Program-made: the position numbers and the translations under genes | The notes under the pieces: generated by a model | Told to the model about the DNA's origin: nothing | What the model saw: only the letters and a program-made list of their open reading frames with translations | The model's database searches: none | DNA from: Candidatus Latescibacterota bacterium | Lineage (GTDB): Bacteria > Latescibacterota > UBA2968 > GCA-2709665 | Direction: 5' to 3' | Length of the DNA stretch: 64,000 nt | NCBI GenBank assembly: GCA_965205485.1 | Contig: OZ242180.1 | Span: 800,001-864,000, forward strand | Part shown: positions 40,786 through 51,042 of the stretch, one piece after another | How positions within the stretch are numbered: position 1 is the first letter of the stretch | Layout: every line of letters starts with the position of its first letter

Positions 40786-42997
40786 TAGCGTTGAGTGTCC
40801 GGCTGGGACGCATTGCGCCGGCGGTCAGGCCCGGATCGGGTGCGTAATAGCCGCCAAGATCCACCGGCTCACCCTGGGCGGCCAGCAACTCCGCGCTTAT
40901 CCGATCTTCATTCTCCTCGAGTTTTCCCGCAACGTTTCCGAACCTGGCTTTCAGCTCCGCGTCGCTTTCCTGTGCGGCCAGGGCCTGGGCCCAGTACATC
41001 GCGAGATAGAAGGTGCTGCCCCGGTTGTCGATCTCGTTCACCTTTCGGGAGGGCGACCGCGAGTTCTCCAGGTATTTCGTAATGGCGCGGTCCAGCGTGT
41101 CCGCGAATACCGTGGCCTTCGCGTTTCCCGCGGTCTCGGCGATCAGGCGAAACGAAGGCACCAGGGCGCAGTATTCTCCCAGCGAGTCCCACCTCAGGTG
41201 CCCCTCCCGCAGGAACTGTTGGACGTGCTTGGGCGCCGATCCGCCCGCCCCGGTCTCGAAGAGCCCACCGCCGTTCATCAACCTGACGATCGACAGCATC
41301 CTCGCGCTGGTCCCGAGTTCGAGTATTGGAAACAGATCCGTGAGATAGTCGCGAAGCACGTTGCCCGTCGCCGCGATCGTATCCTCCCCCCTGCGTATCC
41401 GCTCCAGCGAAAACCGCATTGCGTCCCTTGGCTTCATCACGCGGACGTCCAGGCCCGCGGTGTCGTGTTCGGACAGGCAGGCGTTCAGCTTCCCGATTAT
41501 CTCGACATCGTGCGCCCTTTGACGGTTCAGCCAGTACACCACCGGTGTTCCGGAGACCCTCGCCCGCCTCACGGCCAGCCCGACCCAGTCCCTGATCGCG
41601 GCGTCTTTCGTCTGGCACATCCGGAAGACATCCCCGGTTTCAACCGACTGGTCGAGCATCACGTTTCCGGACGCGTCCACAACGCGGATCTCACCGTCCG
41701 CGGGCGCTTCGAAGGTCTTGTCGTGCGACCCGTATTCCTCCGCCTTCTGCGCCATCAGACCCACGTTGGACACGCTGCCCATCGTGGCGGGATCGAACTG
41801 TCCGCGCGCCTTCGCGTCTTCCAGAATCTCCTTATACATGGTCGCGTAGCACCGATCCGGCACCATGGCGATCGTATCCTGCAGCTCGCCGTTACGGTTC
41901 CACATCTTCCCGCCGTCCCGAACCACATTGGGCATCGAGGCATCGATGATAACGTCGTTCGGCATGTGGAGATTCGTGATGCCGCGGTTGGAATCGACCA
42001 TCGCCAGTCCGGGACGAGTCTCATATACCGCGGCGATGTCGGCCTCGATCTCCGACCTTCTGCCGGCGGGAAGGCGATCGAGCCGTGACAAAACGTCCGC
42101 CAGGCCGTAGTTCACGTCGGCCCCGATCGCTTCCAGCGTACCGGCGTGTTTTTCCAGCGCTTCCTGAAAATAGACGGAGACGCAGTGACCGAACATAATG
42201 GGATCAGAGACTTTCATCATCGTGGCCTTGAGATGCAGCGACAGCAGCGCCCCGTCCCGCTTCGCGTCGTCCATCTGCTCGGCAAAGAACCGTCTGAGGG
42301 CTTTCACGTTCATCACAGCGGTATCGACAACCTCACCGGCTTCCAGTGATATTTCGTCCTTGAGCACAGTGACCCGACCGTCGGCGGCCACGAACTCGAT
42401 CCGGACCCGGACCGCTGAGCTCACGGTGGTCGATTTCTCGCTCTCGAAGAAGTCGCCGCCCGTCATGTGGGCGACACGCGCCCTGGACCCCGACTCCGGC
42501 CACGGCCGCATCATCCTGTGCGGATTTCTCCGGAAGAATGCCTTTACCGAAGCGGCGGCCCGCCGGTCCGAGTTGCCCTCGCGCAGGACGGGATTGACGG
42601 CTGAGCCGAGAATCACGGTAAACCGGGACTGCAACTCTCTCTCAGCGTCGGTTTTCGGCTCGTCAGGATAGTCCGGGATGTCAAATCCCTTGCCCTGCAG
42701 TTCCTCGATGGCCGCTTTCAGCTGCGGGACCGTCGCGCTGATGTTGGGCAGTTTGAGGATATTGGCCTCGGGTTTCCGGGTCAGGGCGCCGAGTTCACCC
42801 AGGCAATCCGGAATCCGCTGCGCATCGGCCAGATTTTCGGGAAAATTGGCGATGATCCGGCCCGCAAGAGAGATGTCGCTGAGTTCGACGTCGATGCCGG
42901 ACCCCCGTGTGTACGCATGAACAACCGGCAGCAATGCGCAGGTTGCCAGCGCGGGAGCTTCGTCGATCTTGGTCCACATGATTTTGGCTGTCGCCAT
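40769..42997 (-). CDS. icd: Monomeric NADP-dependent isocitrate dehydrogenase
   Basis: [65 protein letters not shown]. Confidence 0.96.
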   Translation of the reverse strand: MATAKIMWTKIDEAPALATCALLPVVHAYTRGSGIDVELSDISLAGRIIANFPENLADAQRIPDCLGELGALTRKPEANILKLPNISATVPQLKAAIEELQGKGFDIPDYPDEPKTDAERELQSRFTVILGSAVNPVLREGNSDRRAAASVKAFFRRNPHRMMRPWPESGSRARVAHMTGGDFFESEKSTTVSSAVRVRIEFVAADGRVTVLKDEISLEAGEVVDTAVMNVKALRRFFAEQMDDAKRDGALLSLHLKATMMKVSDPIMFGHCVSVYFQEALEKHAGTLEAIGADVNYGLADVLSRLDRLPAGRRSEIEADIAAVYETRPGLAMVDSNRGITNLHMPNDVIIDASMPNVVRDGGKMWNRNGELQDTIAMVPDRCYATMYKEILEDAKARGQFDPATMGSVSNVGLMAQKAEEYGSHDKTFEAPADGEIRVVDASGNVMLDQSVETGDVFRMCQTKDAAIRDWVGLAVRRARVSGTPVVYWLNRQRAHDVEIIGKLNACLSEHDTAGLDVRVMKPRDAMRFSLERIRRGEDTIAATGNVLRDYLTDLFPILELGTSARMLSIVRLMNGGGLFETGAGGSAPKHVQQFLREGHLRWDSLGEYCALVPSFRLIAETAGNAKATVFADTLDRAITKYLENSRSPSRKVNEIDNRGSTFYLAMYWAQALAAQESDAELKARFGNVAGKLEENEDRISAELLAAQGEPVDLGGYYAPDPGLTAGAMRPSRTLNAIIDAA

Positions 42998-43056
42998 TTG
43001 CTGTCCTCTCCTTCCCATGATCGAAAAACCGGCCGCGAGACGGGCCTCGGATTGCA

Positions 43057-46000
43057 TCATCCATCGACGCGCAGAAATCGCAGTTCGGAATTCTCGCGTC
43101 CGAATATCAACTCGTCCTTCACTCCGTCCGGCCGGCGGACCTCCAGGCGTTCACCGTCCCATCGGCACTCGGGCGCCCCGGTTCCACGCGTATCCGGCCA
43201 GATGACCGTCAGCAATTCAACCTCGCGTCCGGCTTCAGCGGTGGCATGAAGCGCCCGGTCGGTGAGCTGCGTCATCACGCAGTCCGGAGACGCGACGCGG
43301 TCCAGCGTCACGGCAGGTCCCGCAAAGGCCAGAGACAGTCTTGTCTTGATTCCCCTGATTTCGCAACCCCGATCCGTGCTGGTGACTTCCCCGGCCGTAT
43401 GCGCCATGAACGTCACCCGGACCGGCCGGTCACTTCTTACTTCGTCCATTACGACTACGTACCGCCCGTCGACCATGACGACGTGGCGGCGTGCCCGCCC
43501 GACATCGTCTCCGAACGACCTGTCTGCTTCCGCCGCGATCGCCAGATGCCGGGACGCCTCCTCCCAATACAGAAACGTACCCGTTCCCGGGCCCTGCGGC
43601 CTGCCGTCCACCAGCGTGGTGCTGTATCCCTCCGGCGGCGTACTGTAGTCGTGGCTGCGCCGGATCAGCGGTTCTCCTCCGGCCACCACCTGGATCGCGT
43701 TCAGGTCCCGGCTCGTATGCCCGAAGCCGGGAGCGGCGTATCCGCTCTTGAACGACACGTACAGCGCCGGATCGGGCCATTCAGAAGCGAGCGCGGCCCA
43801 GCGGATCTCCTCGTAGACCCGCAGGCGCTTCAAACCCGTCATAATGGATCCCAGCAACACCGGCGCCGGCCTGTCGCCCGCGTCGGTGCGCGGCGCCGCG
43901 GGCTGATAGGGAATCCCGGGGGAACGCCAGATTACTGTATTCCAGTCGGAACGCCTGTTTTCGCCCGAGCCGCCGTACGCGTCGGCGTAGAGCGAGAAAA
44001 GGGGTTCGTCATACCGGCGCGCCAGAAGATGCAGAAAAGGCGCGGCCCCGGTGTTCATGCCGTCGTTGAATCCCGCCGGGACCCCGCGCGGCGTAAAATA
44101 GATCGGAAAATACCCCGCGTCGCGCATACCCGGCAATGAGAATACGCCGTCGTCGGCGCCCGTTGCGGACTCCATCGCCGCGCCGTGCAGAATGACCCCG
44201 CGCAGAAACACCGCCCAGTAGTTGACGGATTCCGGCCAGGACCCATCTGGCGGAAACGCGCGCATCGGCGTTCCGATGTCTTCACGTGCGATCCTGAGAA
44301 CGGCTTCCGCGTCCAGCGTTTCATCCCGGAGGCACAGCGCCAGCACGGTCGCCACGCTATCCGAAATCGGCGTCAGATTTGCGATTCTTCCCTTCCAGTA
44401 GGCCTGGTCGTTTTCCATGGCCCACAGGTACACCAGCAGCCCGTTCTCGATCAGCCGATCGTTGAAGTCCCTGCGTTCATCAGGCGGGATCAGGTCGCCC
44501 AGCCAGTCCATCGCCAGCGCGCAGTACATTGCCTTCCACATCAGGTCGGGGTCCGGGCCGTACACCCTCGGGTCTCCCCAGAGCACGTGCTCCACGAGTA
44601 TCCGGACCATCTTCCGGGCGAGCAGCCCGTACCGGTCGTCTCCCTCGATCAGATAGACCAGGGCAGCGGCCATCATCTGGTGAGGGTCCCGCTGAAACAG
44701 CGTATCCTCCGCGTGACCCTGCATCAGCAGGTCGTTCCCGGCGAGCAGGTCGTCGATTGCGATCTCGCGGATCTCCGTCGCATCGGGCGTGAGGCTGCAC
44801 TCCTTAATTGTCCCACGCCGAAGCACCTCGTCCACCTGCGCCTTCATCGTGTCATAATGCGGTTTCAAGCCCCCTTCCTTTGCCTGCGCCCGCAGCCGAT
44901 CGACGTCCCCGCGGCGCAACAGAACGCGTGGGTGCGGACTGGTACCCATGACGTTGCAGGGACACTCGATACCGGCCGTCGCGCCCATTCCGACGGGCAC
45001 GAGGCGCAGCCTGTAACGTCCCCCTGGCACTTCACCGATACATATATCAAAGTCCGTCTCGTCCGAATCCGCAACGACCCTGCCCCTGTCCAGGGTCTCG
45101 CCCGCGTCGTTCACCAGGAACGCCTGCCATCGCGTGCCCCCGAGGCCTTCCCCGGCCATCCGGAATCGGCCGCGTCCACGCTGATCGTTGCCCAGGCGCA
45201 GCGGGTCCAGGCGGATCCGCCGGGGCGGGATGAACTCGCATTGCGCTTCCGCCAGCATCGCGCCGGTGTCTGGATCGGAAACTGCAACCGCGAGGCGGTA
45301 TGGATACAGGAAGCCCCTGAACGCACCGAACATGCAGTCCAACCGCAACCGCGTTTCGCCCTCGCCGCGGGCCTGGTCCACGAAAACGGACTCGCGACCG
45401 CGGGGATCTGAAAGCGCGACGCGTACGTCCAGTGTTTCAGGCAACGTGTCCACAGGTCTGAGATTCATCACCACTTCTTTCTGTGCCAGACCCTCGTCGC
45501 GCAGGCTCAGATTCTCGATCCTCAATCGCGGACTCAACACCAGGCGGCCCAATCTGTCGGTGCGAAGCGGATCGCCGACGATCGGATACCGTACCGCCCG
45601 GCTCAGCGTGCTGACTTCCAGCCCCGGCTGGATGCGCGAAAGTCCGTTGACCACGAATCCGTCGGGCAACATCGTTGGAGGCGGGATATCCGTCCAATCC
45701 GTAAACCGCGAGACGTTCAGAGGAATCTGGAGTCCGGCCCGGGGACGAACGCCGAGCATGCCCCAGGGCAGCGTCAGACGCGCCGACCAGCCGTTGTCTT
45801 CCTGATCCGTATCGAATTTCGCCCGATCCGCGCCGTCGGGTAACCGGACCGTACCATCCGAAAGACACTCCAGCTGAAGAAGCCTGTCTTTCCCCGTCGC
45901 GATCGACACCACGACGCGGTCTTCCCCGTCTGCCCGCCGCTGGCAGGCCGCCGAAACCACCAGCGCCTCACGGGTCCAGAACGCGGAGACGCGTGTACGT

Positions 46001-46203
46001 CCCCGCGGCCGATCCAGAAGCGGGCGGGAGGGATCCATCATATTTCGCGTTCCCCGGCGCTTTGCGTACTCGAATCCGGTCAGCTTGGAACTCTGGCGGC
46101 TGTCCCAGATGTGCTTCGCAATCTCCATCCGGGCCAGTTCACCCAGCGCCGTGGATTCCCGCCCCGCGGGCCACACGTCTTTCTGGTTCAGTTCTATTTC
46201 CAT
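43057..46203 (-). CDS. Large heparinase II/III-like glycan lyase with N-terminal CBM9-like region
   Basis: [12 protein letters not shown]...G.....NVSR (CBM9-like), [47 protein letters not shown]. Confidence 0.7.
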   Translation of the reverse strand: MEIELNQKDVWPAGRESTALGELARMEIAKHIWDSRQSSKLTGFEYAKRRGTRNMMDPSRPLLDRPRGRTRVSAFWTREALVVSAACQRRADGEDRVVVSIATGKDRLLQLECLSDGTVRLPDGADRAKFDTDQEDNGWSARLTLPWGMLGVRPRAGLQIPLNVSRFTDWTDIPPPTMLPDGFVVNGLSRIQPGLEVSTLSRAVRYPIVGDPLRTDRLGRLVLSPRLRIENLSLRDEGLAQKEVVMNLRPVDTLPETLDVRVALSDPRGRESVFVDQARGEGETRLRLDCMFGAFRGFLYPYRLAVAVSDPDTGAMLAEAQCEFIPPRRIRLDPLRLGNDQRGRGRFRMAGEGLGGTRWQAFLVNDAGETLDRGRVVADSDETDFDICIGEVPGGRYRLRLVPVGMGATAGIECPCNVMGTSPHPRVLLRRGDVDRLRAQAKEGGLKPHYDTMKAQVDEVLRRGTIKECSLTPDATEIREIAIDDLLAGNDLLMQGHAEDTLFQRDPHQMMAAALVYLIEGDDRYGLLARKMVRILVEHVLWGDPRVYGPDPDLMWKAMYCALAMDWLGDLIPPDERRDFNDRLIENGLLVYLWAMENDQAYWKGRIANLTPISDSVATVLALCLRDETLDAEAVLRIAREDIGTPMRAFPPDGSWPESVNYWAVFLRGVILHGAAMESATGADDGVFSLPGMRDAGYFPIYFTPRGVPAGFNDGMNTGAAPFLHLLARRYDEPLFSLYADAYGGSGENRRSDWNTVIWRSPGIPYQPAAPRTDAGDRPAPVLLGSIMTGLKRLRVYEEIRWAALASEWPDPALYVSFKSGYAAPGFGHTSRDLNAIQVVAGGEPLIRRSHDYSTPPEGYSTTLVDGRPQGPGTGTFLYWEEASRHLAIAAEADRSFGDDVGRARRHVVMVDGRYVVVMDEVRSDRPVRVTFMAHTAGEVTSTDRGCEIRGIKTRLSLAFAGPAVTLDRVASPDCVMTQLTDRALHATAEAGREVELLTVIWPDTRGTGAPECRWDGERLEVRRPDGVKDELIFGRENSELRFLRVDG

Positions 46204-46634
46204 ATTTACGGGTCAATTTGGCCGGGTGCCCTGCGTTTCGGTTGTTTTTGGGTTCCCTATGTGCCTTCGTGTGAGCCGATTTTTGTCTGCCCGAACGCAC
46301 TGAATCCGGGAGAGGTCCCCGGACAGAACATTAACTGAATCCAATTCAATACAAAAGCGAATAGTTGAAATAGATTATATTCCGATAAGGAATAGATCGT
46401 TACTACGTGCTATGAACCCGTCGAGAGCGATCAAGGCGGATTATATATGTTTAGAATCGTGGCAAGAAGGGAAAGAGCGTAGAGGCTGGTGGCGACCCGA
46501 AAGAACGGACAACAGCGTTCTTGAAAAGAGCAAAGAAGCCGCCAGAGCAAATTTGACTCTGAAAGGCAAGCGGGAGTCCCTCAGTGGGGGAATACCTGCA
46601 AGGGGTTCGGGAGCGGTCGAACTCGGGGTGGGGT

Positions 46635-46937
46635 TTACCTGGAGCGATTCAGAGACTCGTAAACGACGTCATGTTTCCCGACAATGAGAAGGCGGCCTAT
46701 CCCGCTGCCGAGAATTTTAATGGCAACTCTATACTTCCTGTCCAACCTGATGCTGAAAACGTCATGGTAACCGGCCACCAATTTGAATCTTCTGTTTTTC
46801 CCCAATGTATTTGTTGCAAGTTCCCGGATCGTATCGGACAGGTTGTCCTGCACCTGCGGGGGCAACTTTCGGGCCTGTTTGACGAATCTCCTGCCTGGCT
46901 CCTCCAATCTGACCGGCAAATGGGGGTGACTTGCCAT
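46635..46937 (-). CDS. RelE/ParE-superfamily toxin
   Basis: RFVKQARKLP..VQ, FKLV.G...VFSIRLDRKYRV, VGKHD.VY; 100 aa and basic. Confidence 0.75.
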   Translation of the reverse strand: MASHPHLPVRLEEPGRRFVKQARKLPPQVQDNLSDTIRELATNTLGKNRRFKLVAGYHDVFSIRLDRKYRVAIKILGSGIGRLLIVGKHDVVYESLNRSR

Positions 46938-46941
46938 TCCA

Positions 46942-47442
46942 TCATTCCCACAGCTTTTTCAAGAATTCCTCCGGCGACTCGCAGACGTTTTCGGACGAAG
47001 GTTCGTTATGTGCCTCATGAACCATGACTTGCCATCGAAGGTCCTGGCACATACCTATCATCGTTTTTATGGATTCTATCAAAGTGCTCAGTGCATCTAC
47101 CTTCCTGGTGTCGGTTTCCGGTCCGGCGCTATTGAGAAGCCGGACGAACGTCTTCAGACACTTTTTCAGCATCTCTTCGGAATTTTCTAGATGCTCGACG
47201 GACGCGTCCATGTCCTCATAGGGCAACAGCTGCATTAATCTGTCGGGATTCTTAACCACCTCGTTGTAGGTGTTCTGCAGGAACGCGGTATGTCGCTTCG
47301 TATCCCTGTTCATTTCATTTATAATTTTAACAAAGGATATGTCGGCCTTTTCTCTAACGTCCCCGCTAACCCACGGGATATCAACGCTTAACATACCCTG
47401 ATTAAATGCCATAACGGTTGGCGCGAAAGCGATCCCTGCCAT
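46942..47442 (-). CDS. Hypothetical helical protein, probable antitoxin
   Basis: Immediately upstream of the toxin; acidic tail CESPEEFLKKL; low GC; RBS GAGGGG. Confidence 0.6.
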   Translation of the reverse strand: MAGIAFAPTVMAFNQGMLSVDIPWVSGDVREKADISFVKIINEMNRDTKRHTAFLQNTYNEVVKNPDRLMQLLPYEDMDASVEHLENSEEMLKKCLKTFVRLLNSAGPETDTRKVDALSTLIESIKTMIGMCQDLRWQVMVHEAHNEPSSENVCESPEEFLKKLWE

Positions 47443-47587
47443 ATTTCCCCCTCGGTTGTCTCTTGCGCAACTTTCGAAAAATTACGTCAAGGACCCAGGG
47501 TTTGTCAAGTCCATTTGCATAAGTTCTGGGCGGTACGAGCGGCTGTAAGTAAGGTCGCGCACCGTAGTCAACATCTCTTTACAGGCG

Positions 47588-48562
47588 TCAGCCAGCCTCC
47601 GTAATCCTGTACAGCGGCTCCAGCCCATTCGCGATGCGCTCCACGTTCTCCGCGCAGGCCTCCCCGCGCCTCCTGGATGTGCCATACGTCTGTCCCGCGG
47701 TATGGGGCGTGGCGACAACGTTTGGCAACTTCATAAACGGATGGTCCTCGGGCAGCGGCTCTTCGGCGTACACATCCAGCCCGGCGCCCCGGATCCCCCC
47801 GTTCTGCAGCGCCTCGACGAGCGCGTCCTCATCCGCGATCTCCCCTCTCGCCACGTTGATCAGCACCGCCGTTGGCTTCATCGCCGCCAGCGCCTGTCTG
47901 TCGATCATGTGACGCGTTTTCGACGTCAGCGGCACGTGCAGCGACACGTAATCGGCCTGAGCGAGAACTTCCTCCAGTTCCGACGGCGCCGCGAACACCT
48001 CCACCCCCAGTTCATCCAGCCTTTCCCCGGGGATATCCACGGCATCGACGGCCGCAATCCGCATTCCCATCGCCTTCGCCCGCGCCGCCAGCGCCTGTCC
48101 GCTCGCGCCCAGCCCGACAAGCGCGAGGGTCTTCCCCTCCAGCTCCTCGCTCACCGGAAAGTAGAACACCTGCGAACGGAGATTCCGCACGTGCTCGTCG
48201 AACTGCTTTGCGAAGTAAAGCATAAGGAACATCGCGTGTTCCGCCAGCGCCACCGCGCTGAACGGGCCGGGCGTATTGGCCAGCATCAGACCTTTCTCAA
48301 GGAAATACGCCACATCCACGTGGTCCACCCCGGTTCCCAGCACCTGCCAGAGCTTCACGCGGGCAGCCAGCGCGGCGTCGATCAAAGCTCGCGTCCCCAC
48401 CGACCCTCCCTGGTCAACCACCACGTCCACGTCCTCGAACTGCCCGGCCATGGGCTTCGCGGGATCATACAGGCATACCGTATGCCCTTCCCCGATCGCC
48501 GTTCTGAAATCGTCGTACCATGGCTGGAGCATACCCGGTACGTTCAGGTACAGGACCTTCAT
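47588..48562 (-). CDS. D-2-hydroxyacid dehydrogenase family protein
   Basis: GTGVDHVD, LAEHA, VGLGASG, VSLHVPLT, INVARG, GLDVYAEEP, TPHTAG. Confidence 0.92.
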   Translation of the reverse strand: MKVLYLNVPGMLQPWYDDFRTAIGEGHTVCLYDPAKPMAGQFEDVDVVVDQGGSVGTRALIDAALAARVKLWQVLGTGVDHVDVAYFLEKGLMLANTPGPFSAVALAEHAMFLMLYFAKQFDEHVRNLRSQVFYFPVSEELEGKTLALVGLGASGQALAARAKAMGMRIAAVDAVDIPGERLDELGVEVFAAPSELEEVLAQADYVSLHVPLTSKTRHMIDRQALAAMKPTAVLINVARGEIADEDALVEALQNGGIRGAGLDVYAEEPLPEDHPFMKLPNVVATPHTAGQTYGTSRRRGEACAENVERIANGLEPLYRITEAG

Positions 48563-48679
48563 CTGATATCAACCTCCCGATTGCGTTAAGACATTCGTTA
48601 AATTGATTCTCACCACCCCCAAACGACCCCATTCGATTGACATCTCTCCTGAAGGCGGGTAGCCGGTAGACGTAAGTCA

Positions 48680-48860
48680 TTATGTTAAAATGAAGTTGAG
48701 CCTCAGCTTGTGAGAGTATACTTTGCCGTTGTCAACAACAAACACTTTCACAAGGAGGCTCGTGATGGCAAGGTATACCGTTGAAGCGTGGGATGGCAAG
48801 GATCTTTTCGTGGGCACCGACATGCATCTCGATTGCCATACACGGTTTATTTCGCTGTAA
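48680..48860 (+). pseudogene. Possible IS110-family left-end remnant with a 31-codon truncated transposase start (48765-48860)
   Basis: TGTTAAAAT -10 box; hairpin 48698-48761 covering RBS AAGGAGG; ORF MARYTVEAWDGKDLFVGTDMH resembles the IS110 N-terminal (F/Y)VG(I/L)D(V/L)H motif. Confidence 0.4.
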
Positions 48861-49950
48861 TCCCAAGCCCCCGAAGCAATTCGAAAACCTCATCAGGCGT
48901 TGTATCCTGGTGGGTATCCTTTTCCGTTTGGCACGCATCAAAGCGCGATTGCAATTCGCAACCGTCGATTCCACCTGCCTCACCGATAAAAACCAACTGT
49001 GTTCCCGGTTTCTCGTCGCCCCATGGCTCACCCATGATCAGACGCGCCCGTTGGCCGGCAACGTGGACGATTCCCTTGCGGCCGGGAATATCGTTGAGGT
49101 AGACAAACCCCTTGGCGCGGTAGATGGTCGCAGGCAGGTTTTTCACCGCATCACGCACGGCCCCACGTGACAGAGGTTGGTCAGTCGTATAGCGCCACGT
49201 GTTGAAAACAAGCGTATGGTCGGCATGGTGTTCGTGATGATTCACGTCAACATTGTCGTGTTCATGCGCCTCACCGTCAGCATGAACGTGAACATCCAGA
49301 CCCGATTTCCCCGAAAAGCGCTGGAGGTCGTATTTCCCGACACCGAGTACCAGATCGAGCGGAACCTTTCCATATGTAGCCTGTAGGATTCGCGCTCCCG
49401 GAACGAGATCTCTGACAAAGTCTGCCAATTCCTCCCGCTTTTCATCATTGACCAGGTCAAGCTTGTTCAGTACCAGAATATCTGCCATGGCGATCTGGTC
49501 TACCGCGAGCCGACGATGCATTTCATTCACCTGATAAATCTGCTCGGCGTCAACCACGGTCAGCACACTGTCCACTCGCGTCCGAGACTGCAATTCGGTA
49601 GCCATAAAGGTCAATGAAACCGCCACGGGGTCGGATACGCCGCTTGTTTCAACGACGATATACTCCGGCGGGTCCGGGCGTTGAATCAATTGAACCACTG
49701 CCTCAAGCAGGTCATTGCGAATCGAGCAACAGATACAACCGTTGGACAGATTGATGGTTGATTCCCCGGAGACGCCGGAGACTAACGCGGCGTCAATGTT
49801 AATCTCTCCAAAATCGTTGACCAATACCGCCACGCGCAACCCGTGGTCGGCGTTGAGAATATGGTTGAGCAGGGTGGTCTTGCCCGCGCCCAGGAAGCCG
49901 CTGATAATTGTTACTGGAACAGGTTCTTTCAAGTCTTGAATTTCAGCCAT
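48847..49950 (-). CDS. COG0523/CobW-family G3E GTPase metallochaperone
   Basis: SGFLGAGKTT, VNDFGEINID, GCICC, VETSG, NKLD, His-rich linker, YRAKG, LVFIG. Confidence 0.93.
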   Translation of the reverse strand: MAEIQDLKEPVPVTIISGFLGAGKTTLLNHILNADHGLRVAVLVNDFGEINIDAALVSGVSGESTINLSNGCICCSIRNDLLEAVVQLIQRPDPPEYIVVETSGVSDPVAVSLTFMATELQSRTRVDSVLTVVDAEQIYQVNEMHRRLAVDQIAMADILVLNKLDLVNDEKREELADFVRDLVPGARILQATYGKVPLDLVLGVGKYDLQRFSGKSGLDVHVHADGEAHEHDNVDVNHHEHHADHTLVFNTWRYTTDQPLSRGAVRDAVKNLPATIYRAKGFVYLNDIPGRKGIVHVAGQRARLIMGEPWGDEKPGTQLVFIGEAGGIDGCELQSRFDACQTEKDTHQDTTPDEVFELLRGLGITAK

Positions 49951-50242
49951 TGATTCCTCTGCGGCCGAATTGAGGATTGGTCAAGTCCACCAGGTGTGAC
50001 GCGATTACAGGCGGCTTTATGTTTGAGCGGCAGGGCGTGTAGCGCTGGTCTCGGGCGCCATCTGCTGGATTCTCAGCAATGATTGAATGCAATTGCGACA
50101 GGTGATCGGTCGGTCTGACAATTGATCAGCGCGACATCGCCCCAGGTGCCTGGCGAACGCTCTACTGAATGGAACCGCAGGCGGTGGACGATCCCCAGCC
50201 ACCCTGTGTTTGGGTATGCGCCCGGATTGATGACGCTACGGA

Positions 50243-51016
50243 TCATGCTTGTTCCCCCCTGGATTTACGCCGGTACGTGCGCAACTTCACATAGGCGGGG
50301 CGGATGATGAAACCCGTTATCGCCAGCACCAGGACGGCGATGCTCAGCGCGTCCACATAGATCCACTCACCCTCGGGGCCGAAGAGGGCTTTGCCGGTGT
50401 GCAGGTCCAGAACCAACTTGCTGAAGCTGACAACCTCGGGAAGGGGGGTTTCCGCCATGGTTGCGTTCACGGCGGTCAGCTCCGTCCAGGTCGCGCCCAG
50501 ATCCCCGGTAACGAAGAGACCGTTGCTGCCCTGGATGTGGACGATGCGACCATCTTCGGCAAAGGTTGCCGCCCCCCTGAAGTTGGAGATGCGCTTCCAC
50601 CGCTCCGCCTCAAAGAGCCAGGTGCTTTCCCGCGTGCCGACCAGGATGCGCTCTCCCTGTTGGTCGATGTTGAAGATGTCCAGGCCCTCCAATTCCGGAA
50701 CGCTGCGGTAATCGCTCCCACTCAGGTGAAGCAACCCTTTGCGCGTCCCGATGTACACCTCCTCATTGCCGGTAAGCAGGGCGCACTTGATCTGTCCCAA
50801 GCGACTGGCGGTGGTCTGGTAGCCGGGAAACCACCGGCTGGGCACTCCGACGCTGCCCAGGCCCCAGCCACCGAGATGCTCCAGCAGTATCGCGGTCACG
50901 CACACGAGAATCGTGAAGACCAGTGCGAAGATGGAGGTCCAGGCATGCCAACGGCGAACCCCTTTCTTGTAGCGTCCCTTCACTTGCCGGCGGCCCCTGT
51001 CCGTGCTCTCGTTCAT
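50243..51016 (-). CDS. PepSY-associated TM-helix domain protein
   Basis: RRWHAWTSI...VTAILLEH; C-terminal LDLHTG and LAITG. RBS GAGGAG (alternative GTG start at 51046). Confidence 0.75.
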   Translation of the reverse strand: MNESTDRGRRQVKGRYKKGVRRWHAWTSIFALVFTILVCVTAILLEHLGGWGLGSVGVPSRWFPGYQTTASRLGQIKCALLTGNEEVYIGTRKGLLHLSGSDYRSVPELEGLDIFNIDQQGERILVGTRESTWLFEAERWKRISNFRGAATFAEDGRIVHIQGSNGLFVTGDLGATWTELTAVNATMAETPLPEVVSFSKLVLDLHTGKALFGPEGEWIYVDALSIAVLVLAITGFIIRPAYVKLRTYRRKSRGEQA

Positions 51017-51042
51017 CGATCTTGTCTCCTCAATGGACGCAT

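Noticed and set aside
46412..46687. 91-aa + strand ORF
   Set aside because: No RBS or motif, and it overlaps the toxin 3' end.
50017..50202. 61-aa ORF between the PepSY and COG0523 genes
   Set aside because: No recognisable motif and weak start signals.
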